Origin: Haliotis cracherodii
Lineage: Eukaryota
Length of the DNA: 64,000 nucleotides
Assembly: GCF_022045235.1 (NCBI RefSeq)
Contig: NW_027266330.1
Coordinates: forward strand, 25,172,001 to 25,236,000
Direction of reading: 5' to 3'
A model generated the notes under the pieces. That model ran no database searches and was not told the DNA's origin. It was given only the letters and a program-made list of their open reading frames with translations. A program made the translations under genes and the position numbers. This document shows, piece by piece, positions 1-12,389 of the stretch. Numbering within the stretch: position 1 is the stretch's first letter; the number at the start of each line of letters is the position of its first letter.

Positions 1-2727
1 TTAACATGTACCAAACCCGATATGTTAATCAGTAGATCTTGAAACTGTACTTGACACGAGGTTGTGATGTGTCATGCTGAAATAGTAGAAAATATACCAT
101 TGACATCAATAAACTTAAGAAATTTCACTCTGTCAAATAATCACAACAGTTACATGATCCATATATTTACAAGTAAACTGGTTAATGTCAACAAATACAA
201 ATTCACACATTAACACAAACATTTACTAAATAAACATAAATACACAAAATACGCTGTCTATTGTGACACATACTTATAACATAAATGCTTTAAAAGGTTT
301 ACGACTGACCATGTTTTCCAGATGAATTTAATTTGTTGTTTTGATAATCAGATTGGTTCGAGATTGCAGACTAACGGAAAATCAACCAACTTCTCCCTTA
401 TCATAACACGATACTTTTAATGAAACAGAAATTCAAATTGACAAACGAAGAAAGTAATTTAGCAACGATAAGTGTATTCGGCGTCACGACAGTCGGCACT
501 TGTTTGTAAACATAACGGTCATTCGGTTGCGAGTTCAACTCCAAGCATAGTTGTGGCCACCTATTCACAGTGGGGAGTTTTGACTGGTCCGGGAACGTAC
601 TATCGCTGGGAGGAGCTTGGCTGAATAAATTATCGATAGGATTGGCATAGGAAACGAAATTTGATTTACATTAGTAGAAAAAGTATCAAATCTTTGATAA
701 AAATTATCTTGTATTTTGTTGTTTAGTAATCAAAAACCTTTGACAAGATGTTTAAATACAACAAATATTCTATCTTGAATAGTTCTGAAAATATTTTTGA
801 GCATTTTGGTTCGTTTTAGTTTCGTTTCTGAAATCACACAATATGAATCGCCGACTGTCATAGCAGACTATCTTTTGAATGACCATGTCGCGCAAAAACA
901 AAAGAATTACAGACTTTTTTAATCAAAATAGAAAAAAGCACAATCCATGGTTATTTATTTCAGTTCTTTATTCTGATCTGTTACACTTTTATATGATGAA
1001 GTTCCAGTACATAATACAAAATAAGACACCTTTGAAGAAAGCAATTATCCCCCCTACTTTTTCAAATCCCTCCTATTTTCTACATGATGGGGGGACAAGT
1101 CTCCCCTTGATTTTCAATTCTGGGTTGGACACTGAATGCTCTGTGAAATGCAATACATAACTTAAGAATAACATAGTTCATAATGCATTTATTACGTACA
1201 AGTGATGGAATTCCCATTGACTGACATGTTATTTTAAGTTTAAGAAAAATATTCTTGCAACGGTTAACTAATATGTTAGTCTATGGGAATTTTGTCACGT
1301 GTACATAAAACTTAATATAACCACCAACCATACATGTACAATGACTGATCATGCATGGTCCACGAAAATAGGATACACAGAGGTGTGTAATTTAATTTCC
1401 CCGATAAATGTGAAGGGGTGGAAGCCAGGGACGCTTGGTTGTCGATTTAAAGTTTAAAAAACACAAGGAGTAACCATTAATTCAAACTAGACGCTACTGC
1501 AGAGGTTATGTATTTTACCGCTCTGATCTATAAATATCACATATATTCAACAAATTGTGGACTAATAATTTTAAAACACGACCAGGGGTCTCCAATTTGT
1601 TTTTAATACATTTTGACGTGCAAAAAAATATCGTATTCTCCCACCGAATATCATGTTTCCCACTTGACTTTCTTATAACGCATAGACGCGGGGTTTTGGC
1701 TAACACCCCTGAAATTAATGCTGGGCGTCTTATAGCGAGGGTAATACACAGGCGCGGGATGTTTTCTCTCCTTTTTGTAGGAAAGGGTGCGACAGTTTAC
1801 ATCGCATGTTTGAATGGTGTCACTATTAATAAATTTTATAGATCTACAGTCTCTCAAACTCATCCCGTACAGCTGCACCAGGAAACTGCGTGGGTTATTG
1901 CGTGATACTTTTTTTTTTGCTACGTGTGCGCAGGAAAAGAATTACTCACCCCCCTTTTTATGTTTCTGTGACAATTATACACATCTTCGTGATCTAATAA
2001 AAATTATTTAAATATTAATATAAAATCATCATAACTTGATAAATTTAACTATGATGTATAATCTAGAAACCTATCCTCCTACGCATTTTATTATTGTAAC
2101 AATACATTTTTCTAGAAGTTTTAGAACTTGTGAGCATTTCGATCAACCCATTAGAAACGGGGGATATAGGTTATATATCATCCCACTCCCCCTAGGCCAC
2201 ACACAACTATGCAAGGGTTTCGTATTCACAGACCCCCCCCCCCGGAACTCATTCCCCGTATACCCATTTTCGGAACAGAGAATGTCTGTATACCGTCCCA
2301 CTACCCCTCGACTAACTCGGTTCCCTCTATACAATCGTTTAAAAACGAAAAGGCCTCGTCCGTCGCCATTGGTCTAGGCGTATAAGGTTGCTCAATTTCT
2401 CGGCACAAGAGCCGCAGTTCCCTTAGAATGACGCATTCGTCATTCTCAATACCGTGCCCATGCTATCAGCTCATCTGCGGACTCAAGTGTGTCTACAATA
2501 TCCTTTATGAGAGATGTCGCCGACAAACTTTTCATCTGAAAATAGCAAAACAAGATTTCTTTACTCAATTATTGTATACGTAATTAAACTCGTAACAACG
2601 CAATAAAAACATTTATTTGAAGTCATTATGATAAAATATTTCTAACTCCCTTAGACCGTAAAGTAAATATCTGTGACGATTGTCAAAGGGCAGATAATTC
2701 TCATTTGTTTACGTTTGAACTGGGGGT

Positions 2728-2728
<1 letters not shown>

Positions 2729-2771
<43 letters not shown>
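2729..2771. repeat. (GT)n microsatellite
   Basis: Uninterrupted run of about 21 GT dinucleotides. Confidence 0.97.
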
Positions 2772-2773
<2 letters not shown>

Positions 2774-3333
2774 TCACAGAGTACAGTATGGCAGCGTTGT
2801 CTTTGTTCGAAAAAAAGTTCTTAACATTCAGTTTCTCATTCGAATAACTAATTATTTCAACTAATACACTATTTTATGCAACGTATGTTAACATAACTTC
2901 GTATAATCATTTTGTTTTATAGATGACAATTTTAAATGCTTTATTCATATTATATTTTTATTCGCACGCGGAAAACATTTTGATATTCGGTAGGATTCTT
3001 TGTGATTCTATCAAATGTTTTATAAAAAAAACCATGTCATATAGGGGAAGACATAGTTTGTTTTATACAACATACGACATTAGACGTTTAATATTCGGTA
3101 GGATCCTTTCTCATAATTTCAAAATGAATTTATGTTTCACGAAACAGGCAAAACAGGGTGTTTTATGTCAAAATTTCGCGGACATTCTATACTGTATTCT
3201 AATTCATATCGAAATGGCGCGGTAATTGTCTGCATGTGGTCACCTTTTTATAATCACTTAAGATTCAAAGTACAGGTCATAGACCTAATTCGGGAGTAGT
3301 GCACTTTACCGGGCGCACTTTTTCAGATCCAAT

Positions 3334-3430
3334 TAGCGCTGTGGGGGCTCGAACGCGTTTCGCCGGCTCACCGGTTCTGCTAATTAATGCGTTAATTAGC
3401 CGACGCTCTACCACTGGACCACAGGCGCTA
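3334..3430 (-). ncRNA. tRNA-like Pol III element (SINE head or pseudo-tRNA) with an extra hairpin in the anticodon arm
   Basis: Minus strand reads agcgcctgTGGTCCAGTGGtagagcgtcggct...agccggcgaaacgcGTTCGAGCCcccacagcgct. It has an A box, a B box, an outer stem (agcgcctgtgg/ccacagcgct), a gtcggct/agccggc stem and a palindromic insert ctaattaacgcattaattag. The T-stem pairs poorly. Confidence 0.55.
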
Positions 3431-3672
3431 TCACATGTAATCAGTGCTCGTTCAACGGGTCATTAGAATCCCCATTGACATGCTCGCGTAATCAGTGAAC
3501 AATGAATTGCGCATGCGTATGACGTCACGGTCCGCGCTCCCATTCATGTTTTCTTGAAATCACACCCGCAATTGTTTTTGTCAGCATGACCGACCAATGG
3601 GATTAAAAGGATTAACGCTTGTAAAGGTAAGAATTTATGGCTCACCCTTGCCCAAAGCAGGCTAACCCTAAT

Positions 3673-3882
3673 GACCGAAAACGGGTGTTGGATCGTAAAG
3701 ACGTGTAAGTTTCCCTAAGACCGATAAACGGGTGTTGGATCGTAAAGACGTGTAAGTTTCCCTAAGACCGAAAAGGGGTGTTTGATTGTAAAGATGTGTA
3801 AGTTTCCCTAAGATCGAAAACGGGTGTTTGATTGTAAAGATGTGTAAGTTTCCCTAAGACCGAAAACGGGTGTTGGATCGTG
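3673..3882. repeat. 46-47 bp tandem array, about 4.5 copies
   Basis: Unit gaccgaaaacgggtgttggatcgtaaagacgtgtaagtttccctaa. Confidence 0.92.
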
Positions 3883-4361
3883 AAGCGAGAGTCACCAGAG
3901 CGTGAGGCACGGTAACGGTATAACGAGACAGCAGTGGCACTATAGCGCGGTAATTGAGCGGATGGTAGAGCTCGGGCTGCGCCCGGTAAACTGCATTGTT
4001 GCCCCTAATTCTCCCCGGCACGCTGACACATATTTCCAAAAGAACCCTTGCTAACGGTTATAATTTCACCACATACAACTCCGTAGATGTGATAGCGGTG
4101 TCTTCATCTGCTCATGCTAAAAATAGGCCAAGTTCAAAGGTTACGATCTCTTGAAACGAGAGCGAGACCTAATTACCCATAAGCCCGTTTTCATCATGGC
4201 CTCATGCTAACCACACTAACGTATCTTGCTGATGATTTTTTTGTGAGTATACGAGGTAAATATGAGTAGTACACAATCTAATATCCCCAAACAACCTTCC
4301 AAAGGTTCAGGGGATCATGACAAACCTCCCGAAAGTGGAGAAGTCAGTCAAGTGTCGTTAA

Positions 4362-6332
4362 AGGGGCACTGATCTAACGGACTGGTTGTTGCCTTTGTTA
4401 TTGTTTTTCCCCCGTGAGTACCCGGATGATACGCAACGCAACTGAGCGTGACCAGAGACTGGGGTACCGTCTGCAAGGACAGCTAAATAAACTTGGAGGC
4501 TGGAGGCAATATTTGTTTTACGCATTTTTGAACACTGATTGGTTAACTGTGATCTATAAAGATTTCGACAAAGGGCGCATGTTAATTAATTTCTTCAGCC
4601 TAAACAAACAGACAAAAACAACAAGGGAGCTCATCGGATGTCGTCATTTGGAAATACCCCAGATGGTTATAGTTTAATGCCAAAAAAAATATCCATGCAG
4701 TGAAAGCATTTTCGGATTTCGGCTTGCGTCGATAATACGATTACTACTCCCTTGTTGTCATCCACGTTTTCTCGTATAACCCTGCACTTGTGTATTTATC
4801 GTCATTCACTTGATGCTCAATTAATGAATTTATTACAGGTACAATTAGTGGTAGCACCACTTAGATTACCTGACAAAGGTTCCCATTTGGCATTTATTGT
4901 GTCTGGGGTAATTATTCAATCTAAATCCCGGGTTTGAAGTGAGGTGAAATGTGTGTTATGTAATATGCACGTGTCAGCCCAGCAAGAGATGAATGATCAG
5001 TTGATTAACTTTTTTTTGTAAATCAACAGTCATCAAAGGATTAACAGAAAATACATTGATTGATTAATCACTGTTATCTTGCACAGTCGATATGTCAAGA
5101 GTGAGTGTTTACATGTCTAGGTTTACTAAAACAAAGGGAATACACTCATATCATGGCGCGAAGTGCCGATGTAAAAACAACATACTTTGTTCAAAGGGTT
5201 AACTGATAACACGTTGATTGATTGATCATTATTATCTATGACTCAATGGAATTTTTAGGAACCGTGGACGTTATGAAAATAGTTGTCACGTGGGCTTTCT
5301 CAGCCGACCCTTGAGACGTGACACCTATGTAAAACACCTGAAACAATCCAAGCGATCAGTTGAGAAACGAACACGGGTTATAATATCCCGAAACGATATA
5401 TATCTTTTAAAATATTTGATTGTTACTGAGACACGTGACATCGAATAAGTTTCTTTGTACAGCTGCAGACGAGTGGGATATTGTTCCTTTGTGTGGATAT
5501 TCACGGATACATTCCTCGAAAAAGGAAGCTGCCTAAAACTTATACACATACATTTGGTAGGTTGTAATTATGGTATTTGCATTTTGTTTTCCTTCATTTG
5601 AACCTATTCGTTCTTGTTTCTCTACGTCTTGGTTGGGAAATTCTTCAATGCGCGAAAGACGTTGTTATCACAGGTCATTCCCTTTGTAAGCGTGTATAGA
5701 TTACCGTCAATTTGTAAAATGTGATTCTCTCGGGCAATTTATAAAATGTGTAAATATTTCAGTCATTTTGACTAAAATATCTGTCCAGATTGATCAAGAC
5801 GACCAAAAGGGCCTACAAACATCACAACAGATTATTAGAAATGTACTTTTCAACGTAACATTTTCAGTCTCTTGGTAATGACATTAAACATCAAAATGTT
5901 TGGAATTCGTTGTCATAATAATACAGATGGAAATGTTTTTCAGTCACTTTGTAAAATAGCTGCATATTTAGACGTTTAATAAATTTGTTACACATTTGAC
6001 AGTAAAAAAGTATACACACTATAAAAAAAGCATATGCTAAGGTGAAATATTTACTTTGTGTTGCAAGTCAAAATAGTGTAAACGAAAATCGAAAAATTAC
6101 CAAGCAAGTGACTTATCAAAACTTCGTCACCATTACCGATGCTACTCACAAAGATAACTACATGTCCTTATTATCTCGAAAACTGTACTTCATTTTGTTG
6201 ATCAATGTGACCATACGCCATTACCACCCATAAAAGTGACTAATGCGCTTACGAATGGCGCAGCAGAGGTCGCTAACTAGTCTAGATTTCTGCTATACAT
6301 TCGGGTACTCACTGCGTTAGATCAGTGCCCCT
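4362..6332. mobile_element. Non-autonomous Kolobok-like DNA transposon
   Basis: TIRs AGGGGCACTGATCTAACG / CGTTAGATCAGTGCCCCT with TTAA TSDs (4358-4361, 6333-6336). The ends are RR..YY, not the CCC of piggyBac. Subterminal inverted gtgagtacccg is present and there is no long ORF. Confidence 0.85.
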
Positions 6333-7106
6333 TTAAATCTGGACAGTACGAGCCATGATGACGACCACGTGGGTCCGAAGCTTAGATCTACTAACCGGGG
6401 TACGTCGCAGGGCGTCTGTAGCACAGGCAAGCTAGATCAGTTACCTAAAGGTTATAGGATTCCTAGAAAAAGGAGAATTAACCACAGGATTGAACATGAT
6501 ATCTCAGACTGGTCTAGCTCGAGCGAGTCATGTTCGAGTGACAGTTCGACTGATCGTGATGAGTGCGATGTGGTTGATAGCTACAGTACCATCTGCCTTG
6601 CATGGACGTTTTCAGGGCCGGGTGCGGACGACTATATCGAACCCAGACAAAAAAGAGGTCGAGTTTCAAACGTTTGTATCAATACACTTGATAAACCCCG
6701 CTCTGATAATGGTCCTGCAACTGTAGCCGGTTCAGCTGAACCAGTAGATGAATATGTCCAAATTTCGATCACACAGGCAGAATCAGATTCTTGGTCCTTG
6801 CCAAGCCATCTGTATAATCATCTCAATACTCAGTTCTCTACCTTCAAAAAAGATAATGTGTTGAAGGAGAACATTCCTAATGATCACACCATACCTGATG
6901 AGCATTGTTTGACTGCTCCCCAACTGGATGGGTATTTAGATGATCTTTTTGAAGCGCAGGACAGGTCATTTGAGAAAAAAACAGATTTCTCTTTGCAGTT
7001 TATTCAAAAGAGAATGTTAAATGTCATGGGTCCTTTGTCTCATCTATGGGGTAATCTTGACAAAATCAGACGCAGGGAGGCTTCGCCTGATTTGGACATT
7101 TATGAA

Positions 7107-7325
7107 TGTGATGACTTTGGCAGCTACAACAAACACTCGGCTTTGCAGGGAAAGGTTGTATTCTCTCATTACATGTCAATACACTCAGTCAAGTGTAGTC
7201 GGCAGCCATGTGGTCGGCTAGTGCACAATACACACTTCCGGCGCTGTTACACGTGCGCACTCATTTATATAGAGACATCGTATGGATAAAGCGAGTGGCT
7301 GGTTATATGATACTAAAACGCTACA
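7107..7325 (-). repeat. 3' LTR of Gypsy element
   Basis: Direct repeat of 11716-11934, next to the polypurine tract (plus-strand ttcctccccctttag). Confidence 0.96.
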
Positions 7326-7805
7326 TTCCTCCCCCTTTAGTTAACAACTTGTTGTTTAAGCAATTAGTGAACAATGTTACTAACTCAATGTTACAATGTC
7401 ACTGAGAAAGAAATAGTGATCAACTCAAAGAGTTCCATGGAAATTTTCCCATAAAGTTCACTGAAGTATTCTTGAACACTGAAATTCACAAACTTAATGT
7501 TCATTCCCTTGGTTTCTGAAATAAATGAATTGAGCATGCACCTTAAAGTTCAATCTGAAGAAGAACACTTAACAATGAAATACAGTAGTTGACAGATTCA
7601 GTCTATCTGGAGCTCGACGCTCACAAGTCGATCTTCTCAACTCAACAGATGAGGACAGTTCTGGACTAGTGTCACATGTAGGTAACCTGGTACGCGGAAA
7701 TGGCGTGTCTGCGGGTGATACTGGTACAGAACTAGGCTCTGGGAGCTCTGGTGAGAAAGTGATGACAGACTTCGACACTTCACTTTCTTCCAACAATTCT
7801 GGGGA

Positions 7806-10800
7806 TTATGGTTTCACAGCATCGGGGTCCACATAACGCTTGATGAGGTGATCTACATGTCGCCTCGCAATTTTGTTTTTTTCCAAGCTGACTCTGAAGG
7901 AGATAGGACCTGTACACTGGATTATCTCCCCTGGTAACCATTTAGGCTTACCAAGAAAGTTCCTGACGTAAACAAGATCACCGACAGCGAACTCCTGTGA
8001 CTTTGTATGTCTATTGTGGTAGTTTGCCTGCTTCTCTTGTTTATGTTGAACTTTAACACCGATGTCAGGGTGAAGCAAGTCAAGATGGGAACGTGGACGT
8101 CTTCCCAATAGTAAATGCGCTGGAGATGACCCTGTCGTAGTCTGCGGTGTGTTACGATACCTGAACAGGAATCTTGACACCCTGGTGTTGATGGAACCGC
8201 CGCTGAGCTTCTTAAATCCCTGTTTGAACATCTGGACACTCCTCTCTGCCAGTCCATTGGACGCTGGATGGTAAGGGGATGTACAGATGTGTTGAATACC
8301 ATTTCTCTTGATGAATATAGCAAATTCATCACTTGTGAAACATGTCCCATTATCAGACACTATTGTCTCAGGTAGACCATGAATGGAAAATGTTCTCCGA
8401 AGACACTCAAGAGTGACACCCGTAGTTGCACTGTTGACAGGGAAAACATCCATCCACTTAGAGTGAGAGTCTACGATGATGAGGAACATTTGACCTTGTA
8501 AGGGACCTGCATAATCAATGTGCAGACGTGACCATGGTTTGGACGGCCAGTCCCACGGATGTAACTTTGCTTCGCAGGGTGAAGAACAACTCTCCTGACA
8601 TATGGAACAAGTCCTGACCTTGTTCTCCAGCTCTGAATCAATGCACGGCCACCATACAAGACCTCTGGCAATAGCTTTCATCCTCGCTATTCCAGGGTGA
8701 GCTTCATGCAACACATCTACACACTGTTTCCTACCCTGAGGTGGAACCACTACTCTGTTACCCCACAGAATCACACCATCCTGAACACTTAGCTCAGTTT
8801 TCTTCTGAATATATGGCTTTAGCTCTGTATCTGGCTTCAGGTTTTCTGGAAAACCACATTCCACTAACTTCTTCACTCTAGCTAACAAGGGATCCTTTCT
8901 TGTCCAAAACTGAATTTGTCGCACATTCACTGGGAATTCTGCCATGTTCTCGAGGAGCATTATTGTGTCTCCTGGAACAGGCGGCACAGACACAGAGGTT
9001 TGCAGAGGCAATCTGCTCAAACAATCTGCGTTTGCTAACTTTGAGCCTGGTTTATACACAATACTGTAATCATACGCTGCCAGCATCAAGGCCCATCTCT
9101 GGAGTCTGGCTGACGCCATCACTGGAATGCCTTTCTCTGCATCAAGTAGACCCATGAGGGGTTTGTGATCTGATAACAGCTGAAATTTCCGTCCGAACAA
9201 ATACTGGTGGAATTTCTTTATGCCAAACACTATTGCCAGTGCTTCTTTATCAAGCTGTGAATAGTTCTTCTCTGCAGGTGACAAGGAACGTGACGCAAAC
9301 GCCACAGGCTTCTCAGTACCATCTGGCATGATGTGTGACAGGACGGCACCTACTCCATATGGAGAAGCATCAGCTGCTAAGTTGAGAGGAAGGTCTGGAT
9401 TGTAGTGAGTCAAGACCTTACATGAAGACAAGTGAGATTTCACCTTTAGAAATACTGTATCATGCTTTTTGGTCCATGACCATGGAGCGTCCTTTTGTAG
9501 TAACCCATGTAGTGGCACTAACGTCGTGGAGAGATTTGGCAGGAATCTCTGGTAGTACTGTACCATCCCAAGGAATGACTTTAACTCTGTCACATTCTGA
9601 GGAGCTGGTGCGGACACAATAGCGTTTACCTTCTCCTCTAATGGATGCAGTCCCTGTGCGTCAATCCGGTGTCCCAAGTAAGTGACTGAGTCTTTCTTGA
9701 TGTGACACTTTGAAGCGTTTAGACACAAACCTGCTTTCTGCAATCTGTCAAGGACTTCCTTCAGATTCTTGTTGTGTTCTGCATAATCAACACCTGTGAC
9801 GAGAACATCATCGAGGTAGACGCACACATGTGGCAAATCGCTGAGAAGACATTCAATTGTCCGCTGGAAGATAGCAGGAGCTGCCGACACCCCAAAAGGT
9901 AATCGTTGGTACTCGTATAGACCTTTATGGGTGTTAATTGTGGTGAGTTTCTTGGAATCATCATCCAACACTAACTGCTGGTAGGCATTACTCATGTCCA
10001 ATTTCGTAAACTTGCGACCACCTGAGAGTGATGCAAATAAGTCCTCAATCCTGGGTATTGGGTAACAATCTGGTTTAGCTACCTGGTTGACTGTTAGTTT
10101 GTAATCTCCACATATGCGCACTGAAGACTGATCCGACTTCAACACTGGTACGATGGGTGCTGCCCACTCTGAGTACTGCACTGGTTTTATGACACCCTGC
10201 TGCTCTAATCGTTCAAGTTCATTCTCAACCTTGTCCCTCAAGGCATAGGCCATGTTCCTGTGCTTGTAGAAGCGTGGTTGTGAAGGAATAGATATGTTAA
10301 TCTTCACTTTTGTATCTTTCAACTCACCAAGTTCCTCCTTGAAGACATCAGAATGTGAGTTAAGGATACTTTGCACATCATCACAATCAACTCTGAGGAT
10401 TGTTCCCCAGTCTAGACGAACATGTCGCAGCCAGTCGCGACCAAAGAGATTAGCTCTTCTCCCTTTCACTACAATCACTGGCAGTTCTGCTGACTGTTTG
10501 CCGTAGTTCACTTTTACTGGGCATGAACCAAGCAGAGGTATCTTCTCACCTAGGTAAGTACGTAACAAGGTATGAGGAGGTCCTAGTTTGGGTGGATCTT
10601 TCCCTAACGATCTGTAAGTGTCCTCATTAATCACTGAAAATGTTGCACCTGTATCCAGCTCCATGCTTAATGGCTGACCATTAAGTGCTAAATCAATAAA
10701 CATTGGTGGTTCCTTCTCTCTCCTCCCAACAAAAGGTGTAGAGCTAGTCTCCATCTTGTAAATGTCATATATTTCACTTTCAACATCATCATAGTTATCC

Positions 10801-11000
10801 GGAGTGACCTGATTTGTCGCTGAACGCTTGTGCTGACCCCGACTTCGACCTTGACCTCTAGATCGATACGAGCCACGTCCACAAAGAGAACCTTTACTAT
10901 TCTGTGACTGACGACATACCTTCCCAATGTGGCCAATCTTACCACAATTGTAGCACTTTGAGGTACGAAAATGACAGTCCGGAGATTTGTGAACCACATC
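7806..11000 (-). CDS. pol: Gypsy zinc knuckle + Pol (protease, RT, RNase H, integrase)
   Basis: CYNCGKIGHIGKVC; protease LDTGA; RT YLDD; RNase H DAS..EALA..SDH; integrase HHCC and D-D-E (HIDYAG, SDNG, SNGLAER). The C-terminal LRRS..R..PDRL tail continues in the shifted frame 7569-7796. Confidence 0.96.
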   Translation of the reverse strand, partial: DVVHKSPDCHFRTSKCYNCGKIGHIGKVCRQSQNSKGSLCGRGSYRSRGQGRSRGQHKRSATNQVTPDNYDDVESEIYDIYKMETSSTPFVGRREKEPPMFIDLALNGQPLSMELDTGATFSVINEDTYRSLGKDPPKLGPPHTLLRTYLGEKIPLLGSCPVKVNYGKQSAELPVIVVKGRRANLFGRDWLRHVRLDWGTILRVDCDDVQSILNSHSDVFKEELGELKDTKVKINISIPSQPRFYKHRNMAYALRDKVENELERLEQQGVIKPVQYSEWAAPIVPVLKSDQSSVRICGDYKLTVNQVAKPDCYPIPRIEDLFASLSGGRKFTKLDMSNAYQQLVLDDDSKKLTTINTHKGLYEYQRLPFGVSAAPAIFQRTIECLLSDLPHVCVYLDDVLVTGVDYAEHNKNLKEVLDRLQKAGLCLNASKCHIKKDSVTYLGHRIDAQGLHPLEEKVNAIVSAPAPQNVTELKSFLGMVQYYQRFLPNLSTTLVPLHGLLQKDAPWSWTKKHDTVFLKVKSHLSSCKVLTHYNPDLPLNLAADASPYGVGAVLSHIMPDGTEKPVAFASRSLSPAEKNYSQLDKEALAIVFGIKKFHQYLFGRKFQLLSDHKPLMGLLDAEKGIPVMASARLQRWALMLAAYDYSIVYKPGSKLANADCLSRLPLQTSVSVPPVPGDTIMLLENMAEFPVNVRQIQFWTRKDPLLARVKKLVECGFPENLKPDTELKPYIQKKTELSVQDGVILWGNRVVVPPQGRKQCVDVLHEAHPGIARMKAIARGLVWWPCIDSELENKVRTCSICQESCSSPCEAKLHPWDWPSKPWSRLHIDYAGPLQGQMFLIIVDSHSKWMDVFPVNSATTGVTLECLRRTFSIHGLPETIVSDNGTCFTSDEFAIFIKRNGIQHICTSPYHPASNGLAERSVQMFKQGFKKLSGGSINTRVSRFLFRYRNTPQTTTGSSPAHLLLGRRPRSHLDLLHPDIGVKVQHKQEKQANYHNRHTKSQEFAVGDLVYVRNFLGKPKWLPGEIIQCTGPISFRVSLEKNKIARRHVDHLIKRYVDPDAVKP

Positions 11001-11625
11001 TGTCACATGGCGGGGAGACAGGAGCATGTTGAGATGATGACATCTTGTGCATGTTACCCCCTGTAGCTGCTGAAACACTTGAAGCACCAACTTTAATATC
11101 TTCTACATTCTTTGCTGCCAATTCCATTGACTGTGCTAGTGTATGAGCCTTATTGTAATCCAGAGCTTTCTCTGCTAATAATCTCCTCTGTATTGCTTCA
11201 TTATTAATGCCACAAACTAGTCTGTCTCTAAGTGAATCATCAAGAGTAGTACCAAAGTCACATGTACTTGCCAATTTGCGCAACTCGGAAGCATACGCTG
11301 CAACACTCTCTTGAGACTTTCTATCCCTCTTGTGAAATTTAAGTCTTTCAACTATCACTGACGGTGTTGGGTGTTGATGATCGCGCATGACTTTCACTAT
11401 CTCAGCAAACCTCATTTCCTTAGGTTTCGTAGGAGCGCACAAATTCCGGAGAAGTGTGTAGGCTGTCTTACCCATTTCACTAAGCAGAATAGCCTGTGTC
11501 ATCTCATCCTCCTCATCATCAACACCTCTAGCCGTAAAGTACAAGTCTAACCTCTCACAATAAATGTCCCAGCTGTCAGTCTCTGTATTAAATTCGTCGA
11601 TCTTCCCGGAGGTAGACAACGCCAT
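10939..11625 (-). CDS. gag: Gypsy Gag N-terminal part (frameshifted in the first zinc knuckle)
   Basis: DSWDIYCERLDLYF...ERLKFHKRDR...LRKLASTCDFG...LRDRLVCGI motifs typical of Mag-type Gag. Confidence 0.9.
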   Translation of the reverse strand: MALSTSGKIDEFNTETDSWDIYCERLDLYFTARGVDDEEDEMTQAILLSEMGKTAYTLLRNLCAPTKPKEMRFAEIVKVMRDHQHPTPSVIVERLKFHKRDRKSQESVAAYASELRKLASTCDFGTTLDDSLRDRLVCGINNEAIQRRLLAEKALDYNKAHTLAQSMELAAKNVEDIKVGASSVSAATGGNMHKMSSSQHAPVSPPCDRCGSQISGLSFSYLKVLQLW

Positions 11626-11715
11626 GTTTATGGAGCGAGTGAAACATGACGGACGTTAATCACAAAATGTCCACAAAAACGCTAAGACATCCAGTTTTAC
11701 CTCGTCGCCAATTTA

Positions 11716-11934
11716 TGTGATGACTTTGGCAGCTACAACAAACACTCGGCTTTGCAGGGAAAGGTTGTATTCTCTCATTACATGTCAATACACTCAGTCA
11801 AGTGTAGTCGGCAGCCATGTGGTCGGCTAGCGCACAATACACACTTCCGGCGCTGTTACACGTGCGCACTCATTTATATAGAGACATCGTATGGATAAAG
11901 CGAGTGGCTGGTTATATGATACTAAAACGCTACA
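11716..11934 (-). repeat. 5' LTR of Gypsy element
   Basis: Followed on the minus strand by PBS TGGCGACGAGG, complementary to the 3' end of tRNA-Ser(GCT). Confidence 0.96.
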
Positions 11935-12389
11935 ATGAACTTCTTGACATTGTAGAAAAGTCAGTCTGTCTTGTGGGACAAGCTAACTTGTCGATCAATT
12001 TCCACAGGCGGCTTTCAATTTTATCCAAACTGGTTAAGGATCCAAAGAAAGCCCAAAAGTTGCTTTACAAGTATGAGGGTACCTTTGCCGATGCTAAAGG
12101 GAAGCTCTTCGGAGACCCCTTTTACAACACGCTACTCGCCGAGGTGAAGCGTAAGCAAAAGGCCAGGGATATTCTTGGTGGGCGGCATTCGGCTCCTAAG
12201 AAAAAGATTAATTTCTTTAGAAACCAGCCTTTCTCGCAGCAGCCCTTTCATGGAGAGCCCTCGGGTAAGCCCAGCAAACGGAACACTGCTATTAGGGGCC
12301 TGGAGGGTTTCAGGAATCTGGTCACTTCAGGAGGCATTTCGCAAAAAATGAACTTACTTCCATGAACGTAAAGTTCACTTCTGACAAGG

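Larger units (their letters stand above)
7107..11934 (-). mobile_element. Gypsy (Mag-clade-like) LTR retrotransposon, full length
   Basis: 219-bp TG..CA LTRs at 7107-7325 and 11716-11934 with one mismatch seen, and a 5-bp TSD ATGAA. PBS TGGCGACGAGG at ~11700-11710 (-), PPT at 7326-7340, domain order gag-PR-RT-RH-IN. Confidence 0.97.
4262..12365 (+). pseudogene. DIRS ORF1 (gag-like), in three pieces: 4262-4361, 6337-7106, 11940-12365
   Basis: Removing the Kolobok-like and Gypsy insertions (one TSD copy each) gives one frame: MSSTQSNIPK...QVSL|NLDSTSHDDDHVGPKLR...LDIYE|LLDIVEKSVCLVGQANLSINFHRRLSIL...LFGDPF, which is DIRS gag-like. Confidence 0.85.

Noticed and set aside
1040-1135. Possible right end of a hAT-like element (tctgggttggacactg)
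   Set aside because: No partner TIR or TSD found within the window.
3673-3882. Possible CRISPR repeat-spacer array
   Set aside because: Plain tandem repeat with no variable spacers.
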